Below the pieces are notes generated by a model, which saw only the letters and a program-made list of their open reading frames with translations, ran no database searches and was not told the DNA's origin. The position numbers and the translations under genes are program-made. Shown one piece after another: positions 27,181-37,748 of a DNA stretch of 64,000 nucleotides. The stretch comes from Fidelibacterota bacterium SCGC AAA003-L08 (GTDB lineage: Bacteria; Fidelibacterota; Marinisomatia; SCGC-AAA003-L08; D37C17), in the NCBI GenBank assembly GCA_000405805.1, contig ASPJ01000001.1, positions 36,591-100,590 on the forward strand. Reading direction: 5' to 3'. Each line of letters opens with the position of its first letter. The stretch's first letter is position 1.

Positions 27181-27876
27181 ATGAAATATTTAATCCCCCC
27201 GAGTGAAGGTAAAAGTAAAGTTGTTTCAAAGGACATTTTTTTTTCTGATACAGATTTCAAATTTGTCCATCATGTAAACCAGGTAGTAAGATTATTAAGT
27301 TTAATTGATGATGAAGATTTAAGTTCTGTATATGGTACATCGCAAGAAAAAGCACTTGCTCTGCATAGACAGAATCAAGATATTTTTAATAGTAAATGTG
27401 CCTATGCTATTGAGAGATACACAGGCGTTGTATATGAACATTTGAGCTGGCAAACATTAGATAAAAAATCCCAGAATTTTCTTCAAGACAATATATATAT
27501 ATTCAGCGGATTATTTGGGATGCTTTCTCCAAAAACACTTATTCCAGAATATAAACTAAAGATGAATGTCTTATCATTACAATATCACTGGAGCCCAATA
27601 TTGACAGAAGAATTAAATAAAGAAGATTTAGTGATAGATTTATTACCTCAAGTTCATAGAAAAGCTTATAATAAAGGTAAAAATGTAATAATGATTGATT
27701 TTCAAGTTATTAAAAAGGGTAAAAAATCAGCTGCAGGACATTTTGGGAAAGCTGTAAAAGGTCAATTTATCCGTTATATAGCAGAAAATCAAATTACAAA
27801 TATTGATGATTTTGAGGGTTTTGAATATCAAGGTTTTAAATGGGACGGCAAAGCATTCCTAAAAGAAGATAATTAA
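27181..27876 (+). CDS. yaaA: YaaA/DUF328 family (peroxide-stress) protein
   Basis: 231 aa. Motifs: IPPSEGK, ERYTGVVYEHL, IFSGLFGMLSPKTLIPEYKLKM, and HFGKAVKGQFIRYI. Confidence 0.65.
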   Translation: MKYLIPPSEGKSKVVSKDIFFSDTDFKFVHHVNQVVRLLSLIDDEDLSSVYGTSQEKALALHRQNQDIFNSKCAYAIERYTGVVYEHLSWQTLDKKSQNFLQDNIYIFSGLFGMLSPKTLIPEYKLKMNVLSLQYHWSPILTEELNKEDLVIDLLPQVHRKAYNKGKNVIMIDFQVIKKGKKSAAGHFGKAVKGQFIRYIAENQITNIDDFEGFEYQGFKWDGKAFLKEDN

Positions 27877-27880
27877 AAAA

Positions 27881-28696
27881 TTAATCAAATATAATAGTCT
27901 TATTGTTATGCACAATAATTTTATATTCTAAATGAGATTTAACTGCTTTATATAAAACATTTCTTTCTATTTCTCTCCCTAATTGGATAATATTTTTTAT
28001 AGAATTTTTATGATTAATATGAATGACATTTTGTGCTATGATAGGTCCGTCGTCTAATTCATTTGTGACATAGTGTGCGGTAGCTCCAATAATCTTAACG
28101 CCTTTATTATAGGCTTGATGATATGGACGAGCCCCTTTAAATGCAGGTAAAAATCCGTGATGTATATTGATAATATTATTATTATATAATTTTACAATTT
28201 CTTTAGGTATAATTTGCATATATCTTGCTAAGATAATCAGTTCAATTTTTTGTTGTTTTAATGTTTGGAGAAGATTTTTGTTATCATTAATATGGATGAA
28301 ACTTATATCAAATTGTTTTGCAATAGAAGATAATTCATTATGATTACTAATAATGATGGGAAAATTACAATTCAATTCATCTGATTTATTTTTTATTAAT
28401 AAATCATAGATTGGCTCTTCTTCGGTAGTTCCTAGTATTGCAACATTTATTTTTTTATCCGGATCAAATAAGTAAAGTTTTCCCTCAAGTTCATCACTTA
28501 ATTCAGCAAGTTCATTTTCAGGAAATTGAGTATCATTATTTTCTGCAAAAATTCTAATATAAAATTTTGAATTTTCTTGGTCAACATGTTGTTCTATAGA
28601 TAATATATTATTATCAGATTGATATAGAATAGATGTTAATTGAGCAATAATACCTTTTTGGTCAGGACAAATTAATTGAATTATAATTTTTTTCAT
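27881..28696 (-). CDS. purU: formyltetrahydrofolate deformylase
   Basis: 271 aa. An N-terminal ACT-like domain (CPDQKGIIAQLTSILY) is followed by a formyltransferase core (LARYMQI, INIHHGFLPAFKGARPYHQA, GATAHYVTNELDDGPIIAQ). Confidence 0.9.
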   Translation of the reverse strand: MKKIIIQLICPDQKGIIAQLTSILYQSDNNILSIEQHVDQENSKFYIRIFAENNDTQFPENELAELSDELEGKLYLFDPDKKINVAILGTTEEEPIYDLLIKNKSDELNCNFPIIISNHNELSSIAKQFDISFIHINDNKNLLQTLKQQKIELIILARYMQIIPKEIVKLYNNNIINIHHGFLPAFKGARPYHQAYNKGVKIIGATAHYVTNELDDGPIIAQNVIHINHKNSIKNIIQLGREIERNVLYKAVKSHLEYKIIVHNNKTIIFD

Positions 28697-28742
28697 AAAA
28701 TAATATAGTGATTATATATTCTAAGTTTTAATAGTTTTAAAA

Positions 28743-29882
28743 CTACCTATATAAATTCATTTTTTCAGCATATATACGAGTTGTCTTTTCTAATATTGTA
28801 GGAGCCCCTTGATAGTTATGAGACCCAAAATATATATTAGTTTTGATTAATGCATGCCAAATAAAGAATATTAAGATTAGACCGTTTAAAGTATATTTTA
28901 ATATTTTTAGGTTAATTTTATTATTTATAATAATAAATGAACAAATTATTGCAATTCCATATGCTAAAAAATCACCAATACCATATAGATTGGTAATTGA
29001 ATTTGCAAAAACAAATATTAACAGTAAATATATCCAATCTAAATGTCTAATAGACTTAAAATAATCGTGCTTATTATTTATTTCACTTATTTTATCCTTA
29101 GTAGGCAAGTAATCTGTTAAAGATACTTTTTCTTTTAAAGGATTTGCATAAGAATAAGAAAGAGCGCTACTAGGACAGCCTGAAATACACATCATACAAG
29201 AAGTACAGTTTGTATTAGTTACTTTCTTAAAATTATTAATTTCATAATTCACATCAATACCTACTGGGCATGATGCAGTGCAATTATGACAATTGGTACA
29301 AGTACCTGTTTTACGAACTTTAAATAATGCTAAAGAATTAGGTATTTTTAAAAAAGCGCCCCAGGGACAAATAAAACGGCAAAATCCTTTTCTTCCAAGA
29401 AAATATATTATTAAAAATCCATCTACTATAAAAGTTAATGTACCAATTATATAACCAGGCAGGAATTCCCATATGTTAGGTTCATTTATTTTTACGGACA
29501 TTTCCCAGGGGAGATTAATTGCAAAAAATAAATTATTAATAATATATAGGTGTAATAATATAAATAAAGGTAAAAAAGTAACTAGTTTTGAGTCTATGGT
29601 TTTGGGTTGGATATTCATTTTTTTTAAAGCTAACCAAGCTAATTCTTGAATTGCTCCAAAGTGACATGCCCATCCACAAAAAAAACGGCCAAAAATCAAT
29701 GTAAAAACAAATGAAATAATCACTAATAATACTCCAGCATTAATTTTTCCAAGTTTGAGGAATGAGTGAAAAAATTCTTGAAAATCGACACTTCCAATTT
29801 TACTATCACCCCAATAGAATATATGAAGTAATATTAATATATGGATAAGGATTAAAGAGGCAATTCTAAATCTTTGTATCAT
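28743..29882 (-). CDS. polytopic membrane polyferredoxin (NapH/FixG-like 4Fe-4S binding protein)
   Basis: 379 aa with multiple TM helices. Motifs: CGWACHFGAIQE, CRFICPWGAFL, and two ferredoxin motifs (CTNCHNCTASCP and CTSCMMCISGCP). The start overlaps the stop of the upstream FG-GAP gene. Confidence 0.7.
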   Translation of the reverse strand: MIQRFRIASLILIHILILLHIFYWGDSKIGSVDFQEFFHSFLKLGKINAGVLLVIISFVFTLIFGRFFCGWACHFGAIQELAWLALKKMNIQPKTIDSKLVTFLPLFILLHLYIINNLFFAINLPWEMSVKINEPNIWEFLPGYIIGTLTFIVDGFLIIYFLGRKGFCRFICPWGAFLKIPNSLALFKVRKTGTCTNCHNCTASCPVGIDVNYEINNFKKVTNTNCTSCMMCISGCPSSALSYSYANPLKEKVSLTDYLPTKDKISEINNKHDYFKSIRHLDWIYLLLIFVFANSITNLYGIGDFLAYGIAIICSFIIINNKINLKILKYTLNGLILIFFIWHALIKTNIYFGSHNYQGAPTILEKTTRIYAEKMNLYR

Positions 29883-32263
29883 TAGTGGATTAGAATGAAT
29901 TCTACTAATTTAGTTAAATCCAGAACATCAAGTTCAGTTGAATAATCTAAATCTCCAGCCCAGAATTGTTTTTCATCAAAATCATAATAATTAGATAAAA
30001 TTTCATGAATTATCTGAACAACATCAACGATATTTACACTTTCATCAATATTTACATCACCTTTCATACCAACAAAGCCAATATTTTCCACTATTTTATA
30101 ACTTTGATTTAAATCAATAAAGCCAGATAAATAATCTATTTTTGGTTGATTAGTTAAAGTATCCATACTTGGCCATTTTATTATAATATTTTCTATAAAA
30201 CTACTCTCCCCAAGTCCAAAATGTAATTGCAACGGGTCCATGCTTCCATGCCCTTTACCAGCGATAACTTCTCTAAAATATGTTCCCATATCTGTTTCAA
30301 TAATTACTTTTGCTCCTATAGCAGATTTATTTGAATTTTCACTCCAACCTAAGTTAGATATTCCATATTGAGCACCTTCTAAATCAATTTTTAGCCAGGT
30401 GTTATTGTTCACCAAGGAATCTTGTGAAATATTTTCAAATAACAAGCTTGTATATTTATAACCTTGTGAATCAGGACCATGTCCATGGGCCATTAGTAAT
30501 CCAGGTGTAAACATATCCAATAGTCCATCATTATTATAATCTGCAGCAACTACATCTTGAGTTGCAGACATAAATAAAGGATTAAATGAATTATCCCAAA
30601 GATTATCTCCATTATTTAAATATATATCATCCTCGCGCTTAAAATTTGCTGCCCATAAATCAATTAAGCCATCATTATTAAAATCACCCCATCCAGCACC
30701 ATTACTTAGAGAATCTGATTCTATATTATATATATCAGCAACATTTATAAATTGGCCATCATCATTTCTGTATAATCTATTTTTACCCCAATTAGATAAA
30801 TATAAATCAAAATCTGAATCATTATCATAATCTCCCCATGCAGCACCATAGCCAGTACTTCCCTCGATTTCAATGGCACTATCATCTAAAGCTAGTTCTG
30901 AAGATTTTTGGATAAACATATTTTCGCCAAGATTTTCCTGATAAGTAACAGTTCCTGATTCTAGTGTAAGATGCTGATTTTCAAATAGCCAATTACCGCT
31001 GGGGTCATTATCACAATCATCTGGATCATCCATATCAGAGTTACATCCTTTTCTAGGAATGAATACATCTTGATCACCATCACCATCATAATCAGCAATA
31101 GCAAGAGTTCTAGATGAGCTATCATCATCATCACGACTAAATTCATAAGCTAATTCAAAAATGGGGGTTCCCTCATCATCTAATCCTTGATTTATATAAC
31201 AATAGAATTGACGATCTCCTGCTTTTTCTATTGCAATAATATCTAAATCTCCATCTAAATCAACATCCATTAAACCCTGACTATGTAAATCGTCCATTAA
31301 ATCTTCATCTAAATATTCAACAGTATCAAAATGATGATTTCCAAAGTTTAATAAAAGTCGATGATTACTTGTTTCATAATATCTCCATTTTAATATATCG
31401 GGGTATCCATTATTATCAACATCCCCCACTACAATTCCTTTCATCCCAGATTCATTAATATCTACTTCATCAGTTAATTCATAAAAATGATCGCCCCTAT
31501 TTTCAAAATAATGGGATTGAGTATATCCATAATACAAATCTAGATCTCCATCTAAATCAAAATCTGCAAATGTTCCCCCTTTAGCTTTCATTCGGGAGTA
31601 ATCACTGTTTATTGGGTGAACAAATGCACTAAATAATCCGCTAGACATATCTTGAGGGTCAACAATAATTTCATACTCTTCAGTTAAATCTGATGGAGGA
31701 AAAGTAATATCATCTAACCAAGCACAATCATCATCATCAGTTACACTACCATCTTTTACATAAGACCAACTTATAGTATGAACCCCTTCATCTAAAGGAT
31801 AGTAAATATATTTCCAGTCCCCACTAGAATCTTCAAATTCAGCTAATAGTTCACCATCTACAAAAAATTCCAAACCATCATAAAAACAATCATCTGGAGC
31901 AGAAGAAGAGCAATCTTCTGCATCGACTTTATAATAAAACTCTAATGGACCGGATTCATATACATCAATAGTAATATTAACGGTACTTGACTGATCATCC
32001 TCTATATCTCCTGAACGGATGCTATAAATTCCTGAATACACTTCATCGGAATCAAGTTCCCAATCGGAATCGCCAGTCAATTCAAAGTGAGCTTCATCTA
32101 ATTCATTATCCTCAAAGCTTATATATGATTGTCCCTCAGGAATAATATCCCTCAAATTACTATTGGTAACTAGGAAAAAAACTTGTGAAGATAGATTCCC
32201 AATTATTAATAGAAATAAAATAAACATAAATAAACGTAGATATTTGATTTTAAACCATTTCAT
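29882..32263 (-). CDS. secreted FG-GAP/VCBS-repeat protein with ASPIC/UnbV-like domain (CRTAC1-like) and C-terminal dockerin-like module
   Basis: 793 aa with a signal peptide. It has repeated Ca-binding FG-GAP loops (FDLDGDLDLY, GDVDNNGYPDIL, ADYDGDGDQDVF, GDYDNDSDFDLY, GDFNNDGLIDLW, ADYNNDGLLDMF). The UnbV-like segment is SAIGAKVIIETDMGTYFREVIAGKGHGSMDPLQLHFGLG. Confidence 0.75.
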   Translation of the reverse strand: MKWFKIKYLRLFMFILFLLIIGNLSSQVFFLVTNSNLRDIIPEGQSYISFEDNELDEAHFELTGDSDWELDSDEVYSGIYSIRSGDIEDDQSSTVNITIDVYESGPLEFYYKVDAEDCSSSAPDDCFYDGLEFFVDGELLAEFEDSSGDWKYIYYPLDEGVHTISWSYVKDGSVTDDDDCAWLDDITFPPSDLTEEYEIIVDPQDMSSGLFSAFVHPINSDYSRMKAKGGTFADFDLDGDLDLYYGYTQSHYFENRGDHFYELTDEVDINESGMKGIVVGDVDNNGYPDILKWRYYETSNHRLLLNFGNHHFDTVEYLDEDLMDDLHSQGLMDVDLDGDLDIIAIEKAGDRQFYCYINQGLDDEGTPIFELAYEFSRDDDDSSSRTLAIADYDGDGDQDVFIPRKGCNSDMDDPDDCDNDPSGNWLFENQHLTLESGTVTYQENLGENMFIQKSSELALDDSAIEIEGSTGYGAAWGDYDNDSDFDLYLSNWGKNRLYRNDDGQFINVADIYNIESDSLSNGAGWGDFNNDGLIDLWAANFKREDDIYLNNGDNLWDNSFNPLFMSATQDVVAADYNNDGLLDMFTPGLLMAHGHGPDSQGYKYTSLLFENISQDSLVNNNTWLKIDLEGAQYGISNLGWSENSNKSAIGAKVIIETDMGTYFREVIAGKGHGSMDPLQLHFGLGESSFIENIIIKWPSMDTLTNQPKIDYLSGFIDLNQSYKIVENIGFVGMKGDVNIDESVNIVDVVQIIHEILSNYYDFDEKQFWAGDLDYSTELDVLDLTKLVEFILIH
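29885..30061 (-). repeat. dockerin-like module (divergent copy, 2 of 7)
   Basis: The two segments are GDVNIDESVNIVDVVQIIHEIL and GDLDYSTELDVLDLTKLVEFIL. Confidence 0.6.
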
Positions 32264-32364
32264 AGTTGAAAGTTAATAATATATGTATATTCCTACTTGT
32301 TAAAATATGTTACCTAACTTAATTTAAGATATGCAATTATATATGAATTCAGCAAAGAATATTA

Positions 32365-32391
32365 ATAGCTCCCTCGAGGAGCTATTTTTTT
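32365..32391 (+). promoter_or_regulatory. terminator-like hairpin plus T7 run in the carA leader (candidate attenuator)
   Basis: Stem atagctcc (32365-32372) pairs with ggagctat (32378-32385) around a 5-nt loop, followed by ttttttt through 32391. No co-directional upstream gene needs terminating. The carA ATG lies at 32405. Confidence 0.45.
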
Positions 32392-32404
32392 GTCAAATAA
32401 TTTT

Positions 32405-33496
32405 ATGAATCAAGAGAAGAAATTAACAAAACTAATTCTAGAGAATGAAAAAGTATTTACAGGAAATAGTTTTGGTTTTTCAGGTGAGACCATCGGAGAA
32501 ATATGCTTTAATACTGGAATGACTGGTTATCAAGAAATTTTAACAGATCCTTCATATTGTGGCCAATTAGTAACAATGACCCAGCCTCATATTGGTAATT
32601 ACGGAGTTAATGAATCAGATATAGAAAGTAAAAATATTCAGGTCTCTGGTTTTATTATTAGACAAGAGGCAATTTCTCCATCAAATTATAGATCTACTAA
32701 ATCTATAGGGGAATATTTAGAAAAAAATAAAATTGTAGGTATTCAGGGCATTGATACGAGAATGTTAACACGTATCATTAGAAATGAAGGTGCCATGAAT
32801 GCAATTATTAGCAATAAAGATATAAATGAAAAATCATTATTAAGTAAATTAGCAAAAGCCCCTAATATGTCAGGTCTTGACCTTGCTAAGGTAGTGACAT
32901 GTAAAAAACCATATAATTTAAATGGTAAAAAATCAAGATTTAACGTTGTTGCAATTGACTATGGAATTAAAACAAATATAATACGACTATTAGAAAGTAA
33001 TGATTGTAGTGTGACCATAGTTCCCGCCCATACAACGACAGAAAAAATACTTAATTTAAATCCGGATGGAGTGTTCCTTTCTAATGGTCCTGGAGATCCA
33101 TCAGCTGTTAATTATGGTATTGAAGTTGTAAAAGAACTATTAGGAGTTAAACCAATTTTTGGTATTTGTTTAGGGCACCAAATATTAGCATTAGCACTAG
33201 GTGCAGAAACATATAAATTAAAATTTGGGCATAGAGGTTGTAACCACCCAGTGAAGAATTTGCTAAATGGAAAGATTGAAATTACTAGCCAAAATCATGG
33301 ATTTGCAGTTAAATCTGATTCATTACCAAAGCATGTAAAAATTACTCATATAAGTTTAAATGATGAAACGGTCGAGGGATTAGATTGTAAAAAATACTCA
33401 GCATTTTCAGTACAGTATCATCCAGAATCAAGTCCTGGCCCACATGATAGTCGTTATTTGTTTAATCATTTCATCAAGTTAATGGAAAAATTTTAA
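32405..33496 (+). CDS. carA: carbamoyl-phosphate synthase small (glutaminase) subunit
   Basis: Motifs: [26 protein letters not shown], the catalytic GICLGHQIL, and QYHPE. The ORF track begins at a TTG (32390) embedded in the T-run, so I prefer the ATG at 32405. Confidence 0.93.
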   Translation: MNQEKKLTKLILENEKVFTGNSFGFSGETIGEICFNTGMTGYQEILTDPSYCGQLVTMTQPHIGNYGVNESDIESKNIQVSGFIIRQEAISPSNYRSTKSIGEYLEKNKIVGIQGIDTRMLTRIIRNEGAMNAIISNKDINEKSLLSKLAKAPNMSGLDLAKVVTCKKPYNLNGKKSRFNVVAIDYGIKTNIIRLLESNDCSVTIVPAHTTTEKILNLNPDGVFLSNGPGDPSAVNYGIEVVKELLGVKPIFGICLGHQILALALGAETYKLKFGHRGCNHPVKNLLNGKIEITSQNHGFAVKSDSLPKHVKITHISLNDETVEGLDCKKYSAFSVQYHPESSPGPHDSRYLFNHFIKLMEKF

Positions 33497-33497
33497 G

Positions 33498-36400
33498 ATG
33501 GCTAAACGTAATGATATAAAATCAATTATGATTATTGGAGCAGGCCCTATTATTATCGGTCAGGCATGTGAATTTGATTATTCTGGAACACAAGCATGTA
33601 AAGCACTAAGAGAAGAAGGATATAGAATTATATTAATAAATTCAAACCCAGCGACTATTATGACCGATAAAAATTTAGCTGATGCAACATATATAGAACC
33701 CATTACAATCGATTCCATTGAAGCAATTATTAAAAAAGAAAAGCCAGATGCTCTACTGCCAACGGTTGGAGGACAAACTGCGCTTGATGCAGCAGTTCAA
33801 CTTGAAAAGAAAGGAATCCTCAATAAGTATAATGTAGAGCTGATTGGAGCAAATATAGATGCAATTGAACAGGCAGAAGATAGAGAAAAATTTAAATTAT
33901 TAATGGATAGTATAGGTATTGAAACTGCTAAAGGCGGATTTGTGAAATCAACAGAAGACGCTAAAGGAATGATTGATAAAATTCCATTTCCAATGATTAT
34001 CAGGCCCTCATTCACTATGGGTGGCACTGGTGGTTCTGTAGCATATAATATTGAAGAATTTCAAGAAATGGTTGAAAACGGATTATCAGCAAGCCCTATA
34101 GGTGAAGTTTTAATTGAAGAATCATTATTGGGGTGGAAAGAATTTGAAATGGAAGTTGTAAGAGATGGGAATGATAATGCAATTATTGTTTGCTCAATTG
34201 AGAATATAGATCCAATGGGAGTACATACAGGGGATTCAATAACAGTTGCTCCATCTCAGACATTATCTGATAAAGAATATCAGATGATGAGGAATTGGTC
34301 TATAGAATGTTTGCGGGCAATTGGAGTAGATACGGGGGGATCAAATGTTCAATTCGCAGTTAACCCCATAGATGGAAGAATGATAATTATTGAAATGAAC
34401 CCTCGGGTAAGTCGGTCATCAGCATTAGCATCAAAAGCAACAGGATTTCCAATTGCAAAAGTTGCAGCTAAATTAGCAGTTGGATATACATTGGATGAAT
34501 TACCAAATGATATTACTGGAAAAACAAAGGCTGCATTTGAGCCAAGCATTGATTATGTAGTCACTAAAATTCCACGATTTGATTTTGAAAAATTCCCTAC
34601 ATCCTCTGGAATATTAGGAGTACAAATGCAGTCTGTTGGTGAAGCAATGGCTATTGGAAGAACTTTTAGAGAAAGTATTCAAAAAGCATATCGCTCATTA
34701 GAGGTTGGATTAGATGGAATGGATCCTAAAGAAACTCAATACAGAAAATTAGATCTAGGGAAATTAGGATATCCAACATCATTTAGATTGTTAAAGGTTA
34801 AACAAGCAATGGAAGAAGGCCATGAAGTTGGTGCCATTCATAAACAAACTAGTATTGACCCTTGGTTTTTAGATGAAATTAAAGCCCTTGTAGATTTTAA
34901 AAATCAATCAGTAGCTTTTAATAAAAAAAATATTCTACAATTAAAAAAAGAAGGATTTTCAGATAATCAGATTGCTAGAAAATTTAATAAAAGTGAATTA
35001 GATGTAAGAAATTTTAGAAAAGAGAATGGGGTTTTACCAACATACAAAGTTGTAGATACATGCGCTGCAGAATTTGAAGCATTAACCCCATATTGTTATT
35101 CTACATATGAAGAAGAAAATGAAATTGAACCACTAAAAGATAAGAAAATTATTATTTTAGGAGGTGGACCCAATAGAATAGGCCAAGGCATTGAATTTGA
35201 TTATTGTTGTGTGCAGGCTGTTTTTGGATTAAAAGAATTGGGATATAAAACCATTATGATTAACTGCAACCCTGAAACAGTATCAACAGATTTTGATATT
35301 GCAGATAGATTATATTTTGAACCATTAACTTTTGAAGATGTAATGAATGTGATAGACTTTGAAAAACCATATGGTGTTTTAGTACAATTTGGAGGGCAAA
35401 CACCACTGAATATAGCATCCAGATTACAACAACAAAAGGTTAAAATTATAGGAACAAGTCCTAAATCAATTGATTTGGCAGAGAATAGAAAAAAATTCGG
35501 TAAAATTTTAAAAAGATTAAATATTCCTGCTCCCAATTGGGGAACCGCTTTTTCTGTTGAAGATGCTCAAAAAATTGCTAATAAAATTAAATACCCAGTA
35601 TTAGTTAGACCATCATATGTACTTGGTGGCAGAGGAATGGAAATTGTATATGATGATGATGCGCTTAAAACTTTTGTTGGAAAAGCCGCATTAGTATCTG
35701 GAGATCACCCTATACTTATTGATGCATTTTTAGAAAATGCATTTGAATTTGATGTAGATGCTCTTTGTGATGGTAAAGATGTATTTATATCAGGAATTAT
35801 GCAACATATTGAAGAAGCAGGGATACATTCAGGAGATTCTTCATGTGTATTTCCACCGTATGAGCTCAGTCCATCTTGCAAAAAAACCATTGAAGATTAT
35901 ACAAAAAAAATGGCTATTAAATTAAATACAGTTGGTTTGATTAATATCCAATTTGCAGTTAAAGATGAAGTAGTATATGTTATTGAAGTGAATCCAAGAG
36001 CCAGTAGAACCATCCCATTTATTAGTAAGGTTATTAATATACCATTGGCCAAATTAGCAGCCCAGATAGGCACAGGAAAGAAAATTGCCAGCTTAAAATT
36101 AAAGAATAATCTTAGTAAAGGGCTGATTGCAATTAAAAAGCCAGTATTTCCATTTAATAAATTTCCAAATCAATCATTATTTTTATCTCCAGAGATGAAG
36201 TCCACTGGAGAAGTCATAGGCCTTGATTCTAATTTAGGTTCTGCATATGCAAAAGCAGCAATGGGTGCGGGTACTACGCTCCCAATCAAGGGGAATGTAT
36301 TTATGTCAGTTAATGAATCAGATAAAATGAAAATAATTCCAATTGCAAGAGACTTTCAAGAATTTGGGTTTAATATATATGCAACTAGTGGAACAGCAGC

Positions 36401-36686
36401 AGTATTAAAGGAGAATGGTGTAGATACCAAAGATATTTATAAAGTTGGCGAAGGAAGGCCGAATGTTGTAGATGCTATTAAAAACAATGAAGTCCAACTA
36501 GTAATCAACACTCCACTTGGCAAACAATCCCGATATGATGAATATGAAATAGGAAGAGCTGCAATTAAATATAAAATAACGGCAATTACAACTATTGAAG
36601 GGGCCCAGGCAGCAGTAAGAGCAGTAAGAAATATTAAATTTGGAAAATTAAACTATCAGAGTCTACAAGACATTTTTGATCGGTAA
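33498..36686 (+). CDS. carB: carbamoyl-phosphate synthase large subunit
   Basis: 1062 aa. It has a duplicated ATP-grasp architecture ([22 protein letters not shown] and [22 protein letters not shown]), [19 protein letters not shown], and a C-terminal MGS-like domain. Confidence 0.96.
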   Translation: MAKRNDIKSIMIIGAGPIIIGQACEFDYSGTQACKALREEGYRIILINSNPATIMTDKNLADATYIEPITIDSIEAIIKKEKPDALLPTVGGQTALDAAVQLEKKGILNKYNVELIGANIDAIEQAEDREKFKLLMDSIGIETAKGGFVKSTEDAKGMIDKIPFPMIIRPSFTMGGTGGSVAYNIEEFQEMVENGLSASPIGEVLIEESLLGWKEFEMEVVRDGNDNAIIVCSIENIDPMGVHTGDSITVAPSQTLSDKEYQMMRNWSIECLRAIGVDTGGSNVQFAVNPIDGRMIIIEMNPRVSRSSALASKATGFPIAKVAAKLAVGYTLDELPNDITGKTKAAFEPSIDYVVTKIPRFDFEKFPTSSGILGVQMQSVGEAMAIGRTFRESIQKAYRSLEVGLDGMDPKETQYRKLDLGKLGYPTSFRLLKVKQAMEEGHEVGAIHKQTSIDPWFLDEIKALVDFKNQSVAFNKKNILQLKKEGFSDNQIARKFNKSELDVRNFRKENGVLPTYKVVDTCAAEFEALTPYCYSTYEEENEIEPLKDKKIIILGGGPNRIGQGIEFDYCCVQAVFGLKELGYKTIMINCNPETVSTDFDIADRLYFEPLTFEDVMNVIDFEKPYGVLVQFGGQTPLNIASRLQQQKVKIIGTSPKSIDLAENRKKFGKILKRLNIPAPNWGTAFSVEDAQKIANKIKYPVLVRPSYVLGGRGMEIVYDDDALKTFVGKAALVSGDHPILIDAFLENAFEFDVDALCDGKDVFISGIMQHIEEAGIHSGDSSCVFPPYELSPSCKKTIEDYTKKMAIKLNTVGLINIQFAVKDEVVYVIEVNPRASRTIPFISKVINIPLAKLAAQIGTGKKIASLKLKNNLSKGLIAIKKPVFPFNKFPNQSLFLSPEMKSTGEVIGLDSNLGSAYAKAAMGAGTTLPIKGNVFMSVNESDKMKIIPIARDFQEFGFNIYATSGTAAVLKENGVDTKDIYKVGEGRPNVVDAIKNNEVQLVINTPLGKQSRYDEYEIGRAAIKYKITAITTIEGAQAAVRAVRNIKFGKLNYQSLQDIFDR

Positions 36687-36694
36687 TTTAAAAT

Positions 36695-37647
36695 ATGCTT
36701 GAAGAAACATTATATCCACTAATAGATCCATACAATCAATTTTTTCTATCTGTTTCTGATATACATGAAATAAATATAGAACAGTATGGGAACCCAGATG
36801 GGAAGCCTGTTATTTTCTTGCATGGTGGCCCAGGTGGTGGTATTGAACCTATTTATGCGAGATATTTTGACCCTAAAAAATGGCGAATAATTATTTTTGA
36901 TCAAAGAGGGTGTGGGAAAAGTACTCCACATGCAGAATTAAAAGAAAATACTACATGGGATTTAGTATCAGATATTGAAAAAATTAGAGTAAAACTTTCG
37001 ATTGATAAATGGGTAGTATTTGGAGGAAGTTGGGGCTCTACCCTATCGCTTACATATTCAATTACCCATCCAGATCGATGTAAGGGTCTAATTTTAAGAG
37101 GAATTTTCCTACTTAGAAAAAAGAAATCAATTGGTTCTATCAAGAAGGGCCATCATACATCTACCCAGATGCATGGGAAAAATATCTTGAGCCTATTCCG
37201 GAGGATGAACGTAATAATTTAGTTCAGGCATATTACAAAAGGTTAACGTCTGATGATGAAAACGTAAGAATTGAAGCAGCAAAAGCATGGTCTATATGGG
37301 AAGCTAGTACCAGCAAGTTATATACCAGTAATAAATCATTACATCATTTTGGAGATCCCATGATTGCACAGGCGTTCGCACGAATTGAATGTCATTATTT
37401 TATCAATAAAGGATTTTTTGAATCAGATAATTGGCTTTTAGATAATACACATAAAATCAGCCACATCCCGACAGTCATTATTCAAGGCAGATATGATGTT
37501 GTATGTCCAATGATATCCGCATGGGAGCTACATAAATGTTTACCGGATGCGGAGTTTCATGTCATACAAGATGCTGGGCATTCAATGACTGAACCCGGGA
37601 TTGCAGCTTGTTTAGTTAAGTATACTGATAAGTTTGCAAACATATAA
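36695..37647 (+). CDS. pip: prolyl (proline) iminopeptidase, interrupted by a single-base frameshift in an A6 run
   Basis: Frame 1 reads GNPDGKPVIFLHGGPGGG...DQRGCGKS...FGGSWGSTL...LILRGIFLLRKK and then terminates. My translation of the next frame from 37123 continues EINWFYQEGPSYIYPDAWEKYLEPIPEDERNNLVQAYYKRL...IIQGRYDVVCP...DAGHS. Adding one A to the run at 37117-37122 restores LRKKEINWFYQEG. Confidence 0.88.
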
Positions 37648-37748
37648 TCTCTTCGAGTTTTAATCAAAATATATAATATGATATACTTCATTTGGTAATT
37701 ACGATAAATTGATTAAATTATGCCCTGACCTTTGGGAGGAGGAGAATT

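Noticed and set aside
33797-34027. Short ORFs in the six-frame track lying inside or antisense to long conserved genes (for example 1067-1249, 1600-1785, 4972-5247, 7795-8112, 33797-34027, 35201-35536, 48703-49023, 59903-60184)
   Set aside because: Each is fully embedded in a much longer ORF with clear family motifs and has low-complexity or odd composition typical of AT-rich antisense frames. I treat them as spurious.
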